NCBI RefSeq assembly: GCF_963921235.1
Contig: NC_086097.1
Coordinates: 101,992,001 to 102,056,000 of the forward strand
Reading direction: 5' to 3'
DNA from: Mobula hypostoma
Lineage: Eukaryota
Length of the DNA: 64,000 bases
The stretch's first letter is position 1; each line of letters begins with the position of its first letter. Below are positions 11,290-24,618 of the stretch, one piece after another. Below the pieces are notes generated by a model. The model had not been told where the DNA came from and searched no databases. It saw only the letters and a list, made by a program, of their open reading frames with translations. A program made the position numbers and the translations under genes.

Positions 11290-14200
11290 CTGAGGGAATT
11301 TGAGCAGCTAGGGACTAAATTAAAAAGCAGAACCAAAAAGGTGGTAATCCCTGGATTACTACCTGAGCCACGTGCAAATTCATGGGAAATTGGGGAAGGA
11401 GGGATCTGTACCAATGGGACAGGCTCCACCTGAACTGTGATGGGATCTGGCTCCTAGCATATCGCATAACTAGGCCGTGGATAGGCCTTTAAACTAAATT
11501 GTAGGGAGGTGGGTTCAACAGATTGGGGAAGTATGGATAAAGTCAAAAAAAAAGTGTGGATAATGATAAAGTAAAAGCAAAAGATAAAAAGAAAAGTAAG
11601 AGTGGTGAAGAAAAATCAAGTGCAAAAGAGTAAAAGATTACATGATTTTAAAAGCACAGTGAGTATAAGGCCAATTTATTTGCATGCCCATAGTATTCGA
11701 AAGAAGGTCAGTGAACTTGTGACACAAATTAGTACAAAGGGGTATGACTTAGTGGCCATTACAGAGATGTGGTTGCAGGGTGGAGAGGATTGGGAATATC
11801 CAAGGATATCAGGTAATACAGAAGGATAGGAAGGTAAGGGAGGTGACACAGCACTCTTAATTAAAGATGAGATCAGAGCGATAGTGAGAGATGATTTAAG
11901 ATCTAAAGAGCAGAATGTCGAATCCATTTGGGTAGAGATTAGGAATAGTAAAGGGAAAAAAATCACTGGTAGGAGTTGTCTATCGGCCACTGAATAATAA
12001 CATTACAGTGGCACGGGCAATAAACAGAGAAATATCTGAGGCATGTAAGAACGGAACAGCAGTTATCGTAGGGAACTTTAATTTGCACATAGATTGGGTG
12101 AATCAAGTTGGTTGAGGCAGTCTTGAGGAGGACTTCATAGAATGCATCCTTGATGGCTTTCTTGAACAGCATGTTACTGAACCTACAAGGGAACGTGCTA
12201 TCTTAGATCTGGTCCTGTGCAATGAGACAGGTGAAACTAGTGATCTTGTAGTTAAGGATCCTCTTGGAAAGAGTGATACAGTATGAATGAGTTTCTCATA
12301 CAAATGCAGGGTGCAATAGTTCGACCTGAAGCAAGTGCATTATGCCTAAACAATGGAGACTACAATGGGATGAGGGAGGATTTGGCTAATGTAGACTGGG
12401 AACACAGGCTATATGGTGGGACGATCGAGAAACACTGCAAGACTTTCGAAGGGATTTTTAACAGTGCTCAACAGAAGTGTATTCCAGTTAAAAGCAAGGA
12501 CAGTAAGGGTGGGGAGAGCCAACCTTGGATAACTAAGGAAATGAAAGAAGGCATCAAGCTAAAAGCTTGTGCATACAAAGTTGCCAAAAGTAGTGGGAAA
12601 TTGGAAGATTGGGAACATTTTAAAAAGCAACAAAGAACCACTAGGCAAGCAATAAAGAAAGGGAAGATAGATTATGAAAATAAACTAGCACAAAATATAA
12701 AAACAGATAGTAAAAATGTTTATGATTATATAAAGCAGAAAAGGATATCTAAAATGAACATGGGTCCCTTGGAGGATGAGAAGGGGGAATTGATATTGTG
12801 TAATGAGGAAATAGAGGCTTTGAATGACCATTTTGTGTCGGGTCTTCACGGTGGAGGACACATCTAACATGCCAAAGAGAGATGTTATGGATGCGATGGA
12901 AGGTGAGGACCTCAATACAGTAGCTATCACTAAAGAGGTAGTGCAAAGCAAACTTGTGGGCCTGAAGATAGATAAGTCCCGTGGTCCTGATGGAATGCGT
13001 CCCAGGGTACTGAAAGAAATGGCAGACGTTATAGTAGAGGCTTTGGTGATAATTTACCAAACTTCTCTGGATTCTGGGCAGGTCCTGGTGGATTGGAAGA
13101 TGGCAAATGTCACACCACTGTTCAAAAAAGGTTGTGGACAGAAGGCAGGTAACTATAGGCCAGTTAGTTTAACATCTCTAGATGGGAAAATGCTTGAAGC
13201 TATCATTAAAGAAGAAATAATGAGGCACCTGGAAAGAAATGGATCCATCAGGCAGATGCAGCATGGATTCAGCAAAGGCAGCTCCTGTTTGACAAGCTTA
13301 CTGGAGTTCTTTGAGGGTATAACAAGCGTAGTGGATGGAGGGGAACAGATGACAGTTATTTACTTGGGATTTCCAGAAGACATTTGATAAAAGACTTATC
13401 CATAAGGTAAGGATGTGTAGAGCTGGGGGTGATATATTAGCATGGATAGAAGATTGCTTAACGAATAGAAAGCAAAGTATCGGGATACATGGGTGTTTCT
13501 CTGGTTGGCAATCAGTGGTGAGCAGTGTGCTGCAGGGGTCGGTGCTGGGCCCGCAATCATGATATACATTAATGATCTTGAAGAGGGGACCAAGTGTCCT
13601 GTATCTAAGTTTGCTGATGATGCTAAATTGAGTGGAAGAGCAAATTGTGCAGAAGATACGGAGAGTCAGCAGAGCGATATATATAGGTTAAGTGAGTGGG
13701 CAAGAGTCTGGCACATGGAGTACAATGTTGGAAATGCGAGGTCATTTACTTTGGAAGGAAAAATGGAAGGGCAGATTTATTATTTAAATAGTAAAAAATT
13801 GCAGCATGCTGCTGTGCAGAGGGACTTGGGAGTGCTTGTGCATGAACCACAAAAGGTTAGTTTGCAGGTGTATCAGGCTATCAAGAAGGCAAATGGAAGT
13901 TTGGCCTTCATTGTTAGAAGGATTGAATTTAAGAGCAGGGTGGTTATGCTGCAACTGTACAGGGTACTGGTGTGGCTGAACCTGGAGTACTAAGTGCAGT
14001 TCTGGTCTCCTTACTTGAGGAAGGATATACTGGCTTTGGAGGCAGTACAGAGGAGGTTCACCAGGTTGATTCCAGAGATGAAGGGGTTAGACAATGAGGA
14101 GAGATTGAGTCACTTGGGACTATACTTGCTGGAATTTAGAAGAATGAGAGGAAATCTTAATAGAAACATAAAATTATGAAATGGATAGATAAGATAGAGG

Positions 14201-14540
14201 TTGGAAAATTGTTTCCACTGGTAGGTGAGACTGGAACTAGGGGACATAGCCTCAAGATTCAGGGGAGTAGATTTAGGATGGAGATGAGGAGGAACTGGAT
14301 TGCCCAGAGAGTGGTGAATCTGTGGAATTCTCTGTCCAATGAAGCAGTGGAGGCTATCTCAGTAGATATATTTAAGTCAAGGATGGACAGATTTTTGCAT
14401 AGTCGGTGAATTGAGGGCTATGGGGAAAAGGCAGGTAGGTGGAGATTAGTCCATGGCCAGATCAGCCATGATCTTATTGAATGGTGGAGCAGGCTCGATG
14501 GGCCAGATGGCCGACTGCTCCTATTTCTTATGTTCTTACG
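11290..14540 (+). mobile_element. 5'-truncated CR1 LINE with near-complete but frameshifted ORF2
   Basis: Endonuclease (YDLVAITEMWL), RT (NYRPVSLTS, QHGF, SKFADD) and a 3' tail TTCTTATGTTCTTA. Confidence 0.9.
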
Positions 14541-15614
14541 TTTTGTACCGTGGAATGATGTATCGGTTAGCTGTATACATGTGCATGGTTGAATGACAAT
14601 AAACTTGAGCTTAAGATCAGAGATGAGAGATTTAAATAGGATATTGAGGTAGCTTTTTCATGCAAAGGGTGGTGCTATATAGAATGTGCTGCCAGAAATT
14701 GTGGTTGACGTAGGTATATTAGCAACATTTAAAAGCTATCTATGGATAGGAGATGTTTAGAGGGCTGTTGGCCAAACGAAGGCAGATAGACTAGTTCACA
14801 AGACAACAGGGCATATATGAGTTTGATTGAAAGGTCTGTTTCCATGCTGGATGGCTAATTTATTCTAAGTGGTAATTTACCATGTTAATTAATCCACTTC
14901 ACATACTAAGGATGTGGGAGGAAATTGGAGAAGGCCAAGTGGTCAAGGGTCAAGAAATTTGCAAACTGTGCACATCCAAGGTTAGGATCAAACCCAAGTC
15001 CCTCAAGATGTGAAATAGTAGCAATAATTGTCATGCCATTGTGCTGCCCACGTCACTTCAGTGTATGTTGATCCTTTGCTTTCTGCAGCTGCAGGAGATG
15101 TGACAGTAAAGAAAGTGCCATTAGTATGCTCATTTCAGCGGGTCTGTTGGCAAGAACTGGACCAAGAATAGGAGCAGTTCTGATTGGCTAAGAGCTTTAC
15201 AGAAACGCGTTTGTTTGGCTACTTGTGAAATACATCAGCCAATAAAAGGCTTTAGCTGAGCTATCATTCTAAGAGTGGCCCTATGTGTGTGTGTGGTAAG
15301 TAAAGAGCCTTGGGCATGAGGAGGCCAAACAGCGGCCCAGGAAAGGTTGTTTAGATTTTCTTTACTAGTTTTATATCAGTGGCATGGTCCTCCAGGATGT
15401 GAAAGATCAGGGAGTCGTCAAGTGACCCTGAGCCCATGATATTACAGGAAAGTTATTAGCACAGACAGAAGGTTGGCCAACTAGCAGGAAGCAAAGATTG
15501 AGAATAAAGGGGGTCTTTTCTCGTTGCCTGCCGGGTGTCTAATATTGTTCCACAGGAGTCAGTGTTGGGATCACTTATAGTCATGTTATATGTCAATAAT
15601 CTGGATGACCGTAA

Positions 15615-17460
15615 GAGACCATAAGACGCTGCAGCAAAATTTGGTCTGCTCTGCCATTTGATCGTAGCTGATCCATTTCCCCCTTAACCCTATTCTGCCT
15701 TCTCCCGGAAACCTTTCATGTGCTGACTTATCAAGAATCTATCAACTTTTGCTTTAAATACCCTCAATGATCTGGCCTCCAATGAATTCCACAGATTCAA
15801 CACCCTCTGACTAAAGAAATTCCCCTCATCTCTGTTCTGAATGGACACCCCTCTATTCTGAGGTTCTGCCCTCTGGTCCTAGACTCCCCCACTACAGGAA
15901 ACATCCTCTCTACATCTACTCTATCTGTGTCCTCTGGTCCTGGACTCCCCCACTATAGGAAACATCCTCTCCACATCTACTCTATCTGTGTCCTCTGGTC
16001 CTGGACTCCCCCCACTATAGGAAACATCCTCTTCACATCCACTGTATCTAGGGTTTTCAATATTCAATAGGTTTCAATGAGTTCTTTCTCTCCCCCCCCC
16101 CCACCATTTTTCTAAATTCCAGTACAGGCCCAGAGTCATCAAAAACTCCTCGTATGATAGGCCTTTCAATCCCAGAATCATTTTTGTGAACTTCCTTTGA
16201 ATCCTCTCCTATGCCAGCACATCTTTGCTCAGTTTAGGCACCCAAAACTGTTCACAATACTCCAAGTGAGGCCTCACAGTTGCCTTATAAAGATTCAGCA
16301 TTACATCCTTATTTTTATATTCTACTCCTCTTAAAGTGCATGCTAACATTGTATTAGTCTTCCTCACCACTGACACAACCTGCAAGTTGGCCTTCAGGGA
16401 ATCCTGTACAAAAACACCCAAGTCCCTTTGCATCTCAGAGTTTTGAATTTTTTTCCCCATTTAGAAAATAGTCTACACATTTATTTCTTCTACCAAAATG
16501 CATGGCCATACACTTCCCAACACCATATTCCATCTGCTATTTCTTTGCTCATTCTCCTAATCTTCTGCAGCCTCCCTGCTTCCTCAACACATCTGCCCCT
16601 CCACCTTTCTTCATATCATCCACAAACCTGGCCTCAAAGCCATCAATTCCATCTTCCAAATCATTGACATACAACATAAAAAGAAGTGGTCCCAAAACCA
16701 ACCAATGTGGAGCACCACCAGTCACTGGCAACCAATCAGAAAAGGCTCCCTTTATTCCGATTCTTTGCTACCTGCCAATCAGCCAATGCTCTATCCATGC
16801 TAGTCTAGTATCTTTCCTCTGATACTAAGGGCTCTTATCTTCGACTCATGTGTGGCACCTTTTCAAAGAGCATTTGAAAATCCAAGTACACAACATCCAC
16901 TGATTCTCCTTTGTCTATCCTGCTTGTTATTTCCTCAAAGAATTCCAACAGATTTATCTGGCAAGATTTTCCCTTCAGGAAACCATGCTGACTTTGGCCC
17001 ATTTTATCATGTGCCCCAGAACCTCATCCTTAACGATTGACCCAAACAACTTGCTTTCTCTGCCTCCCTCTCTTTTTGAGGAGCAAAGTGACATTTGCAA
17101 TCTTCCAGTCTTTTGAAACCATGCCAGAATCTTGTGATTCCTGAAAGATTAGTACTAATACCTTCACAATCTCTTCAGCTATCTCTCTCCAAACCCTTGG
17201 CTGTAGTCCATCAGATCCAGGTGACTTGTCTATCTTCTGACCTTTCGACTTCCCAAGCACCTTCTCCCTAGTAATAGCAGCCACACTCACTTCTGCCCCC
17301 AACATTCTCAAACCTCTAGGATACTGATAATACCTTCCACAATGAAGACTGATGCAAAAAAACTTGTTCAGTTCATCTGCCATTTCCTTGTCCCCTATTT
17401 CTGCCACTCCAGTGTCATTTTCCAGTGGTCCGATATCTACTCTTGCCTCTCTTTTACTCA
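15615..17460 (-). mobile_element. CR1 LINE RT/3' fragment inserted into a + strand CR1 (about 15435-15610 and 17461-18120)
   Basis: DKSPGSDGLQPRV, LGPLLFMLYVNDLEDG and RPHLEYCEQFW. The flanking + strand CR1 reading continues across the insertion. Confidence 0.85.
15870..16048. repeat. About 61-bp tandem triplication inside CR1
   Basis: The unit CCTCTGGTCCT(A/G)GACTCCCCCACTA(C/T)AGGAAACATCCTC... starts at 15870, 15931 and 15992. Confidence 0.9.
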
Positions 17461-18589
17461 GATCAATGGAGGGGTGGGCAGCGGTGAGGAATCAGGGAGT
17501 CTGCAGGACTTGGACAGATTAGAAGAATGGACAAAGAAGTGACAGATGGTATTCAGTGTAGGAAAGTATTTGGTAATGCACTTTGGTAGAAGAAATAAAG
17601 GCATAGACTATTTTTTAAACAAGGAGCAATTCAGAAATCAGAGGTGCAAGAATTCCCTAAATATTAACTTGTAGGTTGAGTCGGTAGTGAGGGAGGCACA
17701 TGAAATGTTAGCATTCATTTTGAGAGGACTAGAATATAAAAGCAAGGATATAATACCGAAGCTTTATAAGGCATTGGTTAGGCTGCATCTGGAGCATTGT
17801 GAGCAGTTTTGGTCCCTTTTCTATCATAGAAAGTACCAGCATCAAGAGGGTTCAGAGGAAATTCATGAGAATTATCATGGGAATGAAAGGGTTAACATAT
17901 GAGGAGCATTGATGGCTCTGGGCCTGTTCTCACTGGAGTTTAGAAAAATGAGGGAGGGATCTCATTGGACACTATTGAATATTGAAAGGTCTAGGAAGAG
18001 TGGATGTTGAGAGGATGTTTTCAATAGTGGGGGAAGTCCAGGACCAGAGGGCACAGCCTTAGAATACAAGGATGAACCTTTAGAACAGAGATAAGAAGGA
18101 ATTTCTATAGCCAGAGGATTAAAGTTGGACACACTCAGCTAAATTTTATCAATGTAGTTGCACTGAAGGAACAGGCAGAAAGTAGTTGTAGAACAGAGGG
18201 TCCTTGGACTATCAAGTACATGATTCCCCTAAAGTGGATTCATAGTGCGTGGAATGCATTGCCTGAGTCAGTGGTGGAGGCAGATACACTAGTGAAGTTT
18301 AAGAGACTACTAGAAAGATATATGGAGGAATTTAAGGTGGGGGTTATATAGGAGGCAGTGTTGAGGGTCGGCACAACATTGTGGGACGAAAGGCCTGTAC
18401 TGTGCTGTACTATTCTATGTTCCATGTTCATAGGTATACGACATGGTGAGGAAGGCTTTTGGCATAAGTCATGGCATTGATTATGAAAGTAGGGAGGTCG
18501 TGATATGGTTATGTAGATGCTGGTGAGGATGCACTTGGTGTGTTTCAATCAATTTAGATCACCATACCATAGGAAAGATGCCACTGTTC

Positions 18590-21500
18590 AAAAATGGATA
18601 TAGGTAAAAGGCAGATAATTATAGGCCAGTTATTTTAACATCAGCAGTTGGGAAAATGCTTGAAGCTGTCATTAAAGAAGAAATAGCGAGGCATCTGGAA
18701 AGAAATGGAACCATCAGGCAGACGCAGCATGGATTCAGCAAGGTAGGTCCTGTTTGACAAACTTACTGGAGTTCTTTGAGGATATAACAAGCGCCGTGGA
18801 TAGAGGGTTATATACTTGGATTTCCAAAAGGCTTTCGATAAGGTGCTGCATAAAAGACTTGTCCATAAGGTAAGGGTTAATAGAGTTGGAGTGATGTATT
18901 AGCATGGATAGAGAATTGGTTCACCGGTAGAAAGCAGGGAGTTGTGATACGTGGGTGTTTCTCTGGTTGGCAATCAGTGGTGAGTGGTGTGCCATTAGGC
19001 AGAGGTTGGTGCTGGGCCCGCAACTGTTCATGATATGCATTAAGAGGGGACCGAGATAGTGTATCCGAGTTGGCTGATAACACTAAATTTAGTGGAAAAG
19101 CAAATTGTGCAGAGGATACAGAGAGTCTGCAGAGTGATTATAGATAGGTTTAGTGAGGGTCTGGCAGATGGAGTACAATGTTTGTAAATGCGTGGTCATC
19201 CACTTTGGAAGGAAAAATGAAAGATCAGATTATTATTTAAATGCTGAAAGATTGTAGCGTGCTGCTGTGCAGAGGGACTTGGGAGTGCTTGTGCATGAAT
19301 CGCAAAAGGTTGGTTTGCAGGTGCAGCAGGCTATCAAGAAGGCAAATGGAACGTTGTCCTTCATTGCTAGCAGGGAGGTTATGCTGCAACTGTACAAGCT
19401 ACGGGTGAGGCCGCATCTGGAGACTGCGTGAGTTCTGGTGGTCTTACTTGAGAAAGCTTTGGAGGCAATGCAGAAGTGGCTTACCAGGTTGATTCTAGAA
19501 ATGAAAGAGTTAGACTACGAGGAGAGATTGAATCACCTGGAATCCTTTCTTTTAGTTTTTTTTAGTTGCCTTTTGTTAGATTTTAAAAGCTTCCCAATCA
19601 TCCAATTTCCCATGCACTTTTGTGAACCTAGATGTCCTTTCCTTGGCTTTTATGTAGTCCTTAACTTCCCTTGTTAGCCATAGTTGCCTACCCCTGCCAT
19701 TTGAGAACTTCTTCCTCTGTGGAACATATCTATCCTGCACCTTGTGAACTATTCCAGAAACTTCAGCCATATCTGCTCTGCTGTCATCCCCGCCAGTATC
19801 CTCCTCCAATCTACGTGGGCAAGCTTCTCTCTCATGCCTCTGTAATTCACTTTATTACATTGCGATACTGATACATGTGACTTGTGCTTGTCTGTCTCAA
19901 TTGCAGTATGAATTCAAACATATTATGAACACTGTCTGCTTATGTTAAGCTCCCTCATAAGATTTGGCTTATTACACAACATCCAATCTAAGATGGCCTT
20001 TCCCCGAGCAGGCTCAAGTACAAGCTGCTCTAAAAAGCCATCTCGTAGACATTCAACAAATTCCCTCTCTTGCAATCCAACACCAACCTGATTTTCCCAA
20101 TCCCCTTACATATTGAAGTCCCCCATTACAATTGTGTCATTACCCTTATTACAAGCCTTTGCCAGCTCCCTTTGTAATCTCAACTTCACATCTCAGCTAC
20201 CATTTAGAGGCCTTCTCATAAGGGCTATCTTGGTCCTTGCAGTTTCTTAATTCCACCCACAAAGATTCAACATTCTCTGACCCCATGTTACCTCTTTCTA
20301 AAGGGGTAATTCCATTTTTCACCAAAAGAGCCACACCACCACCTATGCCTTCCTGCCTGTCCTTTCGATACAAAATATATCCTTTGATGATAAGTTCCAA
20401 CTGTGGCATTCTTTCACTCACAAATCTGTGATGGCCGCATCGTCATACCAGTAATCTCTAATTGCACTATGAATTCATCCACCTTATTCCGAATGCTACG
20501 CACATTTAAATACAGCACCTTTGGTCCTGTGTTCTTCGCCCTTTTGAATTTTGCCTCTGTGGTACAATTTAAGTCTTTGCTTTGTCTGCATTTGTACCCA
20601 ATCATTGGCTTGTCTTTCTTTACATTCGTGTTCAATAGGTACATTTAATGTTAGAGAAATGTATATAATATACATCCTGAAATTGTTTTCCTTCGTAAAT
20701 ATCCATGAAAGCAGAGGAGTACCCCAGAGAATGAATGACAGTTAAACATTAGAACCCCAAAGCTCTCCCCCCAGCCTCCCCCTCCCACACACAAGCAGCA
20801 TCAAGGGAACAATCCCCCCCACCAGCAAAAAAGCCACAGTGCCCTTCATCGACCACTCGTGTGCAGCAAAGCATCAATAAAGCCACAGACTTGTAGTACC
20901 CCAAAGACTACTCGTTCACCTAGTAATTCGACATAACAAGAGAATTCCTTAATAAGAGAAAAAGAGGTGTCGCTGTTTCACAGCGAGAGGGGAAGCATAA
21001 CAAATAGCACGCTGATTTATGATGTTATAAGTCTGTTGCGTCGCTTTTTCCAAGCTTTGCTCCCAGAGAATTGGCAGCAGAAAGGCTCAGGTCTCTGGAC
21101 ACACAGCTCCCGATGTTCTGTGTTCCCGCAAAGAACTGAAATTAGAGTGTAACTCCAGGTCAGGGTCTTCAAAAGATCCTTGAAAAGGAAAAAAAGAGAT
21201 ATCATATTTCATCCATTATCTACTAGTAAACCTGCTGGCTCATCCTCAGTTCTATCATGTTGGTTCCCACCCCTTGCCGTATTAGTTAAACCCAACAGAT
21301 TGATCAAACCTGCCCGCAAGAATATCAGTCCCCCTTGGATTCCAGTGCGACCTATCCCTTTTGTACAGGTCACATCTGCCCCAGAAGAAGTCCCAATTAT
21401 CCAGAAATCTGAATTCCTGATCCCTGCTCCAATTCTTCAGCCACGCATTTATCTGCCACCTCTTTCTATTCCTATCCTCACTGTTGCTCTGCACAGGGAG

Positions 21501-21730
21501 CAGTCCCAAGATTACTATCCTTGAAGTCCTGCTCTCAGGTTCCTTCCTAAATCCCTGTATTCTTTTTTCAGGACCTCCTCCCTTTTTTTAAATCTATGTT
21601 GTTGGTACCAATATATACCATGACTTCTGGCTGCTCACCCTTTCAGGATATTGTGGGTGTGTTCCAAAACATCGTGGACCCTGGCAGCTTGAGGGCAAAC
21701 TGCTATTCGTGTTTCCTTTTCGCGGCCACA
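18590..21730. mobile_element. Rearranged CR1 cluster: + strand RT (18590-19545) abutting - strand endonuclease/ORF1 (19545-21730), interrupted by another repeat near 20630-21200
   Basis: + strand NYRPV and QHGF. - strand LYLNVRSIRNKVDE, YRKDRQEGIGGGVALLVK and INAWLKNWSRDQEFRFLDNW. Confidence 0.8.
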
Positions 21731-22727
21731 GAAGTGGTAGCGATATAAGTGATAGCAATAGTGGGAGTGTGGAAGAGATTCACCAGGAATTTGCATGGGA
21801 TGGAGGGCCACAGTTGCCAGGTTTATTCTCCCGGTTATATAAAATGCTGAGGAGTGACCTCATAGAGGTTTAAAAAATTGAGGGGCATAGATAGGATATT
21901 TAGTCAGGATCATTTGAAATGTAATCACAGCTGATCCAAGATATACTTCCCTCTTGTCTGCATTAAACTTCACATGCAAGGCCATCTAGAACTAGAAGGC
22001 ATATGCCTAAGATGAGAGAGGAGAATTTCTTTTAGGAGATTTGAGGAGTAAGTTTTACACACAGGGGTAATGAATATTTGGAATAAGCTGCGAGAGGAGT
22101 TGATGAAGGCAGATACAGCTGCAGTGTTTAAAAGAGTAGGTACTTGGATAGAAAGGTGTAGAGGAATATGACTTGATATGGATAAAGAGGTTTGGTGTAG
22201 GTAGGCATCACGATTGGCATGAATGAGGTGAACTATAAGCACCCATTTCTCTGTTATACATTTCTATAATTCAAATCAAAGGTATCGTGGAAATCTGTAT
22301 AGACACAAGCTATGCCTGTCCCCTTCTGGGAAATGTGTTAAAGTCCAGTTATATTCATTGTTTGTCTTCCTCAGATTCTTTTCCTCAGCTTTTGGTTGGT
22401 GTGTTGATGTCTATAACTGCTTCCTGCCATATTGCTGAACTGGACAGGCAGTTACATGGCCTATTTTGCCATTTTCCACTCTACCCTCACTTTCTCAGTC
22501 CAGATCTAGAGACTCCTCCTTTTCTTCAACTTCTCTTTTTAGTTATTAATGTAGAGATAATTATCATTCCAAGCCCCCAGATTTCCACAGCTATATCTTC
22601 TCCATCCCACTTGACCCATTTTGCTTTGAAAGGTTTGGGCTAATTATGCACATCTCTATAGCATCATTTGGCTGGAAGGAATAATTGCTAAATTGTCTCT
22701 GTCAAAGTCAGGCTTTCTGGTGAGGTA

Positions 22728-24287
22728 CAGGTGTCCCCCGCTTTTCGAACGTTCACTTTACAAAACCTCACTGTTATGAAAGACCTATATTAGTTCCCTG
22801 TTTTCGCTAACAGAAGGTGTTTTCACTGTTACGAAAAAAGGCAGCGCATGAAAAAAAATCAGCCCGCGCCCCGAGCAGCCGCTTTCCCCCGGATTCGGAA
22901 CAGCATTCAAGCCAGCATTGCTTAAACACGTGCATGTGAGCAGCTGTTTGCAAGATGAGTTCTAAGGTATCGGAAAAGCCTGAAAGAGCTCGTAAGGGTG
23001 TTACACTTAGCGTAAAACTAGACATAATTAAGCGTTTCGATTGTGAATGAAGTAAGGACGAAGTGAGTTTGGCTTGTGGAAGTTGACGAAGATGATGTTG
23101 AAGAGGTTTTGGCATCCCATGACCAAGAACTGATAGATGAAGAGCTGATGCAATTGGAAGAGGAAAGGATAACAATCAAAACCGATAGCAGTAGCGAATG
23201 GACCAAAAGTGAAGTTGTCCAGGACCTGAATGTGAAGCAACTGTGTGAGATTTTCGCTGCAATGATAAAGTACGACTTTAATTTTGAAAGGGTACGTCGG
23301 TTTAGGGCATATTTGCAAGATGGTTTGAGTGCTTACAAAGAACTGTATGATAGAAAAATGCACGAGACTCAGCAATCAAGCATACTGTCGTTTTTTAAGC
23401 CTTCCACATCAGCCACAGCAGACGACGAACCTCGACCTTCCACATCGAGGCGGGCAGTCATAGGAGAAGATGAGCTACCTGCCCTATGGAAACAGACAAC
23501 GATGAGATGACACCCCAGTGTCCCACCACCCCAACCTCCAGGCCGCGGACAGATACCGATTCGCAGAGAATGCAGCGGTAGCCGGGAGGCACACAGCACA
23601 TCTTTAAGAAAAAAGCTGAAATAATCAAGCTAATTAATTATGTGCCAGGCTGCACCTAATTAATTAGCATGTTTATTTCAGCTTTTTTCTTAAAGATGTG
23701 CTGGATGCGTCCCGGCTACCGCTGGACCCCTGCATTCTTCGTGGATCAGTATCGGTCAGCGGCCTGGAGAATGGGGGCCACTGCACCACCCCAACCTCCG
23801 ACGACTCAGCCTAACACAGCATCATCAGTGCACTCTGCGCTGTCTTCCCGATTCCCGTAAGTGATACTACACTGTACATACATTATTTCTACTTTATATA
23901 GGCTGTGTATTTTTACATGTTATTTGGTATGATTTGGCAGCTTCATAGCTTAAAGGTTACTGGAGAGAGTGTTTTTGCCGAGAGCGCTTGCATGAGATTT
24001 TCTGCCGAAAGCGCTTGCGCCTTGTTTTTGCCGCAAGCGCCTGCGTGCGTATTTCTACTTTATACAAGCTGTGTATTTATCATATCATTCCTGCTTTTAC
24101 TATATGTCACTGTTATTTTAGGTTTTGTTTGTTATTTGGCATGATTTGGTAGTTTATTTTTGGGGCTGCGAACGCTCACAAAATTGTCCCATATAAATAA
24201 ATGGTAATTGCTTCTTCGCTTTACAACATTCCGGCTTACAAACAGTTTCATAGAAACGCTCTACCTTCGGATAGCGGGGGAAACCTG
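22728..24287 (+). mobile_element. Tigger/pogo DNA transposon, internally deleted
   Basis: TA TSDs and TIRs CAGGTGTCCCCCGCT / AGCGGGGGAAACCTG. A CENP-B-like N-terminus (MSSKVSEKPERARKGVTLSVKLDIIKRF) is joined to the acidic C-terminus (EVDEDDVEEVLASHDQEL), with no DDE core. Confidence 0.88.
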
Positions 24288-24508
24288 TAAAGGAATTCTA
24301 TTTCCGCATGAAATTGTTGGCGACCTTAGGAAAAACTAACAGCTGAAGGAGAACAGATTTCCAAGTTTTGTAGATGCTGGAGAGATAGTTGTGGGATCTG
24401 TGGCAATGCATTGGAGGGATAATAACAGAAGAAGGAATGGAGGGTGCAAATTATTTGTGTGTTAGACAGAAGTGTTTAAAAGGTTGAAAAATAATTATGA
24501 TTTTTCAG

Positions 24509-24618
24509 GAAGAAAAGTCGGGTGAGAAGGCAGCTGAAGCATTGGAGGTGAAGTTATATGGCCAGATCCCTCCCATTGAAAAGATGGATGCATCCCTTTC
24601 CACGCTTATCAACTGCGA
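24509..24618 (+). CDS. DNAL1: DNAL1 exon 3 ([36 protein letters not shown])
   Basis: Acceptor TTTTTCAG, donor GTAAGT, 110 nt. Contains the conserved [15 protein letters not shown] motif and is in phase with exon 2. Confidence 0.97.

Noticed and set aside
23076..23510. 144-aa acidic ORF as a host TIGD gene
   Set aside because: It is the C-terminal remnant of a Tigger transposase between TIRs, with the catalytic domain deleted.
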